Shown here piece after piece: positions 24,875 to 29,230 of a stretch of DNA of 29,230 nucleotides; within the stretch, counting starts at the first letter, position 1; every line of letters starts with the position of its first letter. The stretch lies in the NCBI GenBank assembly GCA_035314265.1, contig DATFZR010000427.1, positions 1 to 29,230 of the forward strand, given 5' to 3'. A program made the position numbers and the translations under genes. The DNA is from Candidatus Acidiferrales bacterium (GTDB taxonomy: Bacteria; Acidobacteriota; Terriglobia; Acidiferrales; UBA7541). The notes under the pieces are model-generated. The model was not told the DNA's origin, did not search any database, and was given only the letters and a program-made list of their open reading frames with translations.

Positions 24875-27064
24875 TTACTTCAGTTTAGTCCGCGCGGAGT
24901 AGTACAGCGAACCCGCCAGCCCGAGAAACATCACCACGGCAATCCAACTGCTCTGCGTCACATCGCCAAACGAGGAACCCGCAGTCGCCCCGCCAAGCCC
25001 CGCGCCCACCCGTCCCAGGAAGTTCTCCGGCAGGAAGTGATACTTAAAGGTGGGATCGCCAAGAATCCTCAGCACCATCGCCAGCAGGCCGAAAACGCCG
25101 CCCGCGGCGATCAGCCCGGTGGCGTAGAGCGCCCCGGGACCCACTTCGCTTTCCGCGTCGCTTTTCGGTTCCGTTCCGCGTTCTGCAATCCAGCGAACCG
25201 CCCCGCCTGCAAAAATGGCCAGCGTTGTGGCGATCGATAGATACGACCCCACCGCGAACGCCAGCGACCGCACGCCCAACAGCTCGATAGCCACCACCAG
25301 AAACACGCCCAGCAGCACCAGCCGCCAGGGCAGCCGCTGGTTCAATATCCCGCTGATCACCGTGGCCATCAGCCGCGCCTGCGGCGCCGCCGCTTTATCG
25401 CTGCCGATGCCCTGGATCCACTGGATTTCGATCTGCTTCGTTCCCGCGTCGTACAGGAATTTCCCGTCGGGCACCTCGCGCGAGCCGATCGCGTTCACCA
25501 ATACGTATGTTTTCCCGCTGTGCTCGTAGCTTTGCTGTTCGATCTGCACGCCGGACGGAAGGTTCGCGATGTCCAGCGGGATTTGCGCGGCCGTGAACTG
25601 CGCTAGCGCGGTATTCATCAGGATGAGCGTGAAGCCGATCACCACAGCCGAGGCCATCACACCCAGCACCAGCCCGATCTGCTGCCGCACGGGCGTCGCC
25701 CCCACCAGAAATCCGGTCTTCAAGTCCTGCGAAGTCGCGCCGGCGTTCGCCGATGCGATGCACACCACCCCGCCGATGGTCAGCGCCAGCGCGGAGTAGG
25801 CAGGCCCCGTCCAACCCAGCACCAGGAACATTGCCGACGTGGCCATCAACGTCGCAATGGTCATGCCGCTCACCGGATTCGCCGTCGTTCCGATCAGCCC
25901 GCAGATCCGCGAAGAGACCGTCACGAACATGAAACCGAACACCACCACGAAAATCGCCGCCACCAGGTTCGAGAACATGCCCGTCTGCGCCCCGGGCACG
26001 GGCTTGAACGTGAGCAACGCCCACATCATTAGCAGCAGCACGCCGGAACCGATCACCACGGTGCTCATCGGCAGGTCGCGCTCCGTGCGCTCGCTGCCCG
26101 CGCTCGCCGCGCTGCCCGCGCCCAGATCCTTCAGCCCGGAGCGCAGGGCGCCCACAATCGTGGGAATCGTGCGAATCAGCGTGAACAATCCCGCCGCGGC
26201 CACCGCGCCCGCGCCCATCGGCTTGATGTAAATGGACCACAGCTGATCGGGCGTCATCTTCGGAATCGGAATCGTGCTCGGGTACAGCGCGGCCCCCGGA
26301 GAGAGCGAGCCAAAGAATTGGATCGCCGGCATCACCACGAACCACGAGAAAATGCCGCCGGCAAGCAGCGTGCCCGCCACCTTTGGCCCGATTACGTACC
26401 CCACGCCCAGATATTCCGACGTGATGTCCGCGCGCAGCGACGAGCCCGGCAGCCACCCTGGCCGGTACTCCGGACGGCCCCGCCACAAGCCCAGCGAATT
26501 CATCAGCAGCGTATAGACGCCGCCGATGCCCAATCCCCAGAACACGCGCCCGGCAAACGAGCCGCCTCTGTCACCGGCCACAAGCACGTCCGCGCACGCC
26601 GTGCCTTCCGGAAACGTCAGGTTGCCGTGCTCCTTCACGATCAGTTGCCGCCGCAGCGGGATCATGAACAGCACGCCCAGCCATCCGCCCAGCAGCGCCA
26701 GCACGAACACGCGCGAATACTCGAGCGGAAATCCCATAAAGATCAGCGCCGGCAAGGTGAAAATCACACCCGAAGCCACCGACTCGCCCGCAGACCCGAT
26801 CGTCTGCACCATGTTGTTTTCAAGAATGGTGGACTTGCCGAACGCGCGCAGCACCGTGATGGACAGCACCGCGATGGGAATCGAAGCGGAAACGGTCAGC
26901 CCGGCGCGCAACCCCACGTACACCGTCACCGCGCCAAACAGCACGCCAAACAGCATTCCAAAAACGATCGTCTTCAGCGTGAATTCTGCCAGTGATTGCT
27001 CCGGACCCACATACGGCCGGAAGTCGCTGCCCGTCGCCGTCGGACTCCAGGATTTCGATGCCAC
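24875..27064 (-). CDS. OPT family oligopeptide transporter (bacterial YSL/OPT type)
   Basis: YVGLRAGLTVSASIPIAV, ENNMVQTIGSAGES, FPEGTACADVL, NPVSGMTIATL, SQDLKTGFLVGATP and APQARLMA. GTG start. Confidence 0.94.
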   Translation of the reverse strand: MASKSWSPTATGSDFRPYVGPEQSLAEFTLKTIVFGMLFGVLFGAVTVYVGLRAGLTVSASIPIAVLSITVLRAFGKSTILENNMVQTIGSAGESVASGVIFTLPALIFMGFPLEYSRVFVLALLGGWLGVLFMIPLRRQLIVKEHGNLTFPEGTACADVLVAGDRGGSFAGRVFWGLGIGGVYTLLMNSLGLWRGRPEYRPGWLPGSSLRADITSEYLGVGYVIGPKVAGTLLAGGIFSWFVVMPAIQFFGSLSPGAALYPSTIPIPKMTPDQLWSIYIKPMGAGAVAAAGLFTLIRTIPTIVGALRSGLKDLGAGSAASAGSERTERDLPMSTVVIGSGVLLLMMWALLTFKPVPGAQTGMFSNLVAAIFVVVFGFMFVTVSSRICGLIGTTANPVSGMTIATLMATSAMFLVLGWTGPAYSALALTIGGVVCIASANAGATSQDLKTGFLVGATPVRQQIGLVLGVMASAVVIGFTLILMNTALAQFTAAQIPLDIANLPSGVQIEQQSYEHSGKTYVLVNAIGSREVPDGKFLYDAGTKQIEIQWIQGIGSDKAAAPQARLMATVISGILNQRLPWRLVLLGVFLVVAIELLGVRSLAFAVGSYLSIATTLAIFAGGAVRWIAERGTEPKSDAESEVGPGALYATGLIAAGGVFGLLAMVLRILGDPTFKYHFLPENFLGRVGAGLGGATAGSSFGDVTQSSWIAVVMFLGLAGSLYYSARTKLK

Positions 27065-27085
27065 CCGTCACCCCCATCCTCGCCA

Positions 27086-27254
27086 CGTAGGGGCGCTGCT
27101 TGCTGCGCCCTCCCGCCGTTGCCTCGGCCCCAACCACGGGACCGCGCCCTCCATTTGCCCGCTTTCGTAGGGGGCGCTGCTTGTTTACCCTGACGCAGGA
27201 AGGGCTGCGCCCTCCCGCCGTCCCCTCGGCCCCAACCGCGGGACCGCGCCCTCC
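27086..27254. repeat. Two tandem copies of a GTAG-initiated REP-like palindromic unit
   Basis: Copy 1 is 27086-27152 (67 nt); copy 2 is 27166-27254 (89 nt). They differ by one extra G, a 21-nt insertion (27184-27204) and three substitutions. Each starts GTAGGGGCGCTGCTTG...CTGCGCCC. Confidence 0.8.
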
Positions 27255-27275
27255 CCGTTCTGAACAGCGGCCCGC

Positions 27276-27284
27276 AAGGTAGCA
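27276..27284 (-). promoter_or_regulatory. Candidate extended -10 (TGcTACCTT) for the OPT gene
   Basis: TGnTAnnnT match on the minus strand, upstream of the REP-like pair. Confidence 0.35.
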
Positions 27285-27351
27285 TCCACGTCCTGAGGGC
27301 GCAAGCGAAGACGGGGGCCAAACCCTCGCAGTCAGTGATCGCAGTGCCGGC

Positions 27352-27984
27352 TCACCGTGGGCACACGTAGACCAATCGAACCGCACGCGCGAACGCGGCA
27401 GCCTGCAGCCGCACGTCCCCCACGCCAAGCTGCTGCGCCTCGCGTTCCAGCGCCGCGCCCTGCTTCCCATCCAACTCCGCTACGTAAAGGTCCCCGCGCC
27501 GCCCGTAAGAATAGCCGCGATAGAACGGCATCTGCGCCCGCGCCGCAGCCAGCAGCGCATCCCAAAAACTCCCGCGGCGCAGCGCACGCCGCCTCGAAGC
27601 AGCCTGTACGGCGAATTCCGCAAGCACGCTCGTGCCCACGCTGCCTTCTGCCACCACCACCGTGCACCGCGCCGCGTCAAACGGCCGCGAAGCATCCGCG
27701 TCAGGAAACGCAGCCAGCAGTGGAGCAAGTTCACCCGCCCCCACGTCCACCACCTCCCACCAGTACCGGAACCCACCGGCAGCCACACTCCCGGCGCGCA
27801 GAATCTGCTCCAACCGCTCGCTGTTTTTTCCGGTCACTCCCAAAATCAGCTCGAGCAGTTGCTCCGGCCGCAGCGTCATCCGCAGCATGGGACGCACGCT
27901 CACAAATCCAGCATCCTCATCGGAGTAGCGAACAGGAATGGAAGCGGGAAGCGCCACGGCAGGAGCATACAGTGGGACAGGCAT
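27352..27984 (-). CDS. Hypothetical cytoplasmic protein (about 210 aa) downstream of yqeY
   Basis: Co-directional with YqeY, 35 nt after its stop. Normal globular composition with no signal or transmembrane segment. Start uncertain (27984 versus 28011). Confidence 0.75.
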   Translation of the reverse strand: MPVPLYAPAVALPASIPVRYSDEDAGFVSVRPMLRMTLRPEQLLELILGVTGKNSERLEQILRAGSVAAGGFRYWWEVVDVGAGELAPLLAAFPDADASRPFDAARCTVVVAEGSVGTSVLAEFAVQAASRRRALRRGSFWDALLAAARAQMPFYRGYSYGRRGDLYVAELDGKQGAALEREAQQLGVGDVRLQAAAFARAVRLVYVCPR

Positions 27985-28019
27985 TCTTGCCTGTCTCCCT
28001 GCCAACACCAAGACTGAGC

Positions 28020-28469
28020 TTAGCCCCCCAGCCGCGCGCGCACGCGGTCGGAAAGCGCTTTCCCATCAATCGTCTTCCCTTCCAGCTTCGCCCGCGCCGC
28101 CTTTACCACCCCGCCCATCTGCTTCGGCGAGTTCGCGCCGGTCTCCGCGATCGCCGCCTCCACCGCGGCATCCATTTCTTCCGCGCTGGCGCCACTGGGC
28201 AGGTAGCCTTCGATGATGGGAATCTCGCGCATTTCCTTGTCTGCCAGCTCCGCCCGCCCGCCCTTCGTAAACTGCTCCGCCGCCTCGTGCCGCTGCTTCA
28301 CCAGCGTTTGCAGTATCCCGAACTCTTCGGCTGGCTCGAGCGCCCGGATTTTCTCCACTTCCTTGTTCTTCAGCGCGCTTTTCACCATGCGCAGCACGCC
28401 CAACCGGAACTCCTCCCGGCCTTTCATCGCCGCAATCATGTCCGCTTGTATTTTGTCGATGAGTTTCAT
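28020..28469 (-). CDS. yqeY: GatB/YqeY domain protein
   Basis: IQADMIAAMKGRE..RLGVLRMVKSALKNKEVE, KQRHEAAEQFTKGGRAELADKE, YLP and MGGVVKA. Confidence 0.93.
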   Translation of the reverse strand: MKLIDKIQADMIAAMKGREEFRLGVLRMVKSALKNKEVEKIRALEPAEEFGILQTLVKQRHEAAEQFTKGGRAELADKEMREIPIIEGYLPSGASAEEMDAAVEAAIAETGANSPKQMGGVVKAARAKLEGKTIDGKALSDRVRARLGG

Positions 28470-28481
28470 AGTCAGCGGAAA

Positions 28482-28490
28482 ACTCTAGCA
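28482..28490 (-). promoter_or_regulatory. Candidate extended -10 (TGcTAGAGT) for yqeY
   Basis: TGnTAnnnT match 12 nt upstream of ATG 28469. No SD present. Confidence 0.45.
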
Positions 28491-28558
28491 TCTTTTCGTC
28501 AACCTTCGTAGCGCCGGGGTCCCGCGCCGGTCCGCTTTTCAGTTATAGTTTCAAACCT

Positions 28559-29230
28559 ATGCGCATCGTAGTCGCAGACAAAATCTCCCCCCGGGGCCTC
28601 GAACTCCTGGGCCGTTCCGGCTGGCAGGTGCTCACCCCCTCCGCGGCCGATCTGCCGGCCGCCCTAGCTGATGCCGACGCGCTCGTAGTCCGCAGCGCCA
28701 CAAAAGTCACCGCGGAACTCCTTGCCGCCGCGCCGCGGCTCCGCGTAGTCGGCCGTGCCGGCGCCGGTGTGGACAACATTGACGTGGACGCCTGCACCCG
28801 CCGCGGCATCCTCGTAATGAACACGCCGGGCTCCAACGCCGTCAGCGTTGCCGAGCACGCCTTCGCCCTGATGCTCTCCCTCGCGCGCCTCGTGCCGCGC
28901 CTCGACGCTTCCATCCACGCCGGACGCTGGGAAAAAGGCGGTACGATGGGAAGCGAGCTGCGTGGCAAGACGCTCGGTCTAATTGGTCTGGGCCGCGTCG
29001 GGTTCAACGTCGCGCACCGCGCCCACAGCTTTGAAATGCACGTCCTGGCTTTCGATCCCTACGTGAGCCCGGAGGTGGCCCGCGAGGAGAACGTGGAAAT
29101 GGTCGCGCTCGACGACCTGTTGTCTCGTGCCGACTGCGTTTCCCTCCACGCCGCCCTCGCCCCCGGCACGGAAAAAATCATCAACGCCGCCACGCTCGCG
29201 AAAATGAAGCCCGGCGCCTGGCTGATCAAC
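28559..29230 (+). CDS. serA: D-3-phosphoglycerate dehydrogenase, N-terminal part, running off the window (absent from the supplied ORF track)
   Basis: My manual translation from ATG 28559: MRIVVADKISPRGLELL...LVVRSATKVT...VGRAGAGVDNID...VMNTPGSNAVSVAEH...GSELRGKTLGLIGLGRVG...FDPYV. The frame is open to the end of the window. Confidence 0.88.
   Translation, partial: MRIVVADKISPRGLELLGRSGWQVLTPSAADLPAALADADALVVRSATKVTAELLAAAPRLRVVGRAGAGVDNIDVDACTRRGILVMNTPGSNAVSVAEHAFALMLSLARLVPRLDASIHAGRWEKGGTMGSELRGKTLGLIGLGRVGFNVAHRAHSFEMHVLAFDPYVSPEVAREENVEMVALDDLLSRADCVSLHAALAPGTEKIINAATLAKMKPGAWLIN

Noticed and set aside
27086-27254. Possible CRISPR mini-array
   Set aside because: Only two long (67 and 89 nt) copies separated by 13 nt, with no unique spacers of regular length and no cas genes.
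26820-27470. ORFs crossing the REP-like region (e.g. 26820-27470, 26974-27321)
   Set aside because: They are translations of the repeat itself and overlap the OPT gene.

Overview
High-GC (visually about two-thirds G+C) bacterial chromosome segment, most likely Acidobacteriota, judging from an Acidobacterial-type VWA protein and several lineage-typical hypothetical proteins. It is mostly core genome. Central-carbon genes (aceE partial, glgC, eno, gpmI, a D-2-hydroxyacid dehydrogenase, pyk, serA partial) are interleaved with secreted or membrane hydrolases (M61-like, S9, M20, rhomboid, MBL-fold, CehA/McbA-like), an OPT transporter, rpsU, a zinc-ribbon protein, YqeY and five hypothetical proteins. 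I found no rRNA, tRNA, CRISPR array, transposase, integrase, phage gene or recognisable defence system, and I cannot support a large novel multi-gene system. The best leads are small-scale: (1) a 12-bp palindromic spacer that appears to give Shine-Dalgarno (SD) sites to two head-to-head genes; (2) an M61-like peptidase with HHxxH in place of HExxH; (3) a dispersed AT-rich heptamer (TTTTCGA-type) inverted-repeat family at four intergenic sites; (4) a tandem GTAG-type REP-like pair in the OPT leader; (5) an SD-occluding hairpin whose anti-SD arm would be excluded by a nearby promoter; (6) several apparently leaderless starts. All product calls rest on motifs recognised by eye; no database searches were run.
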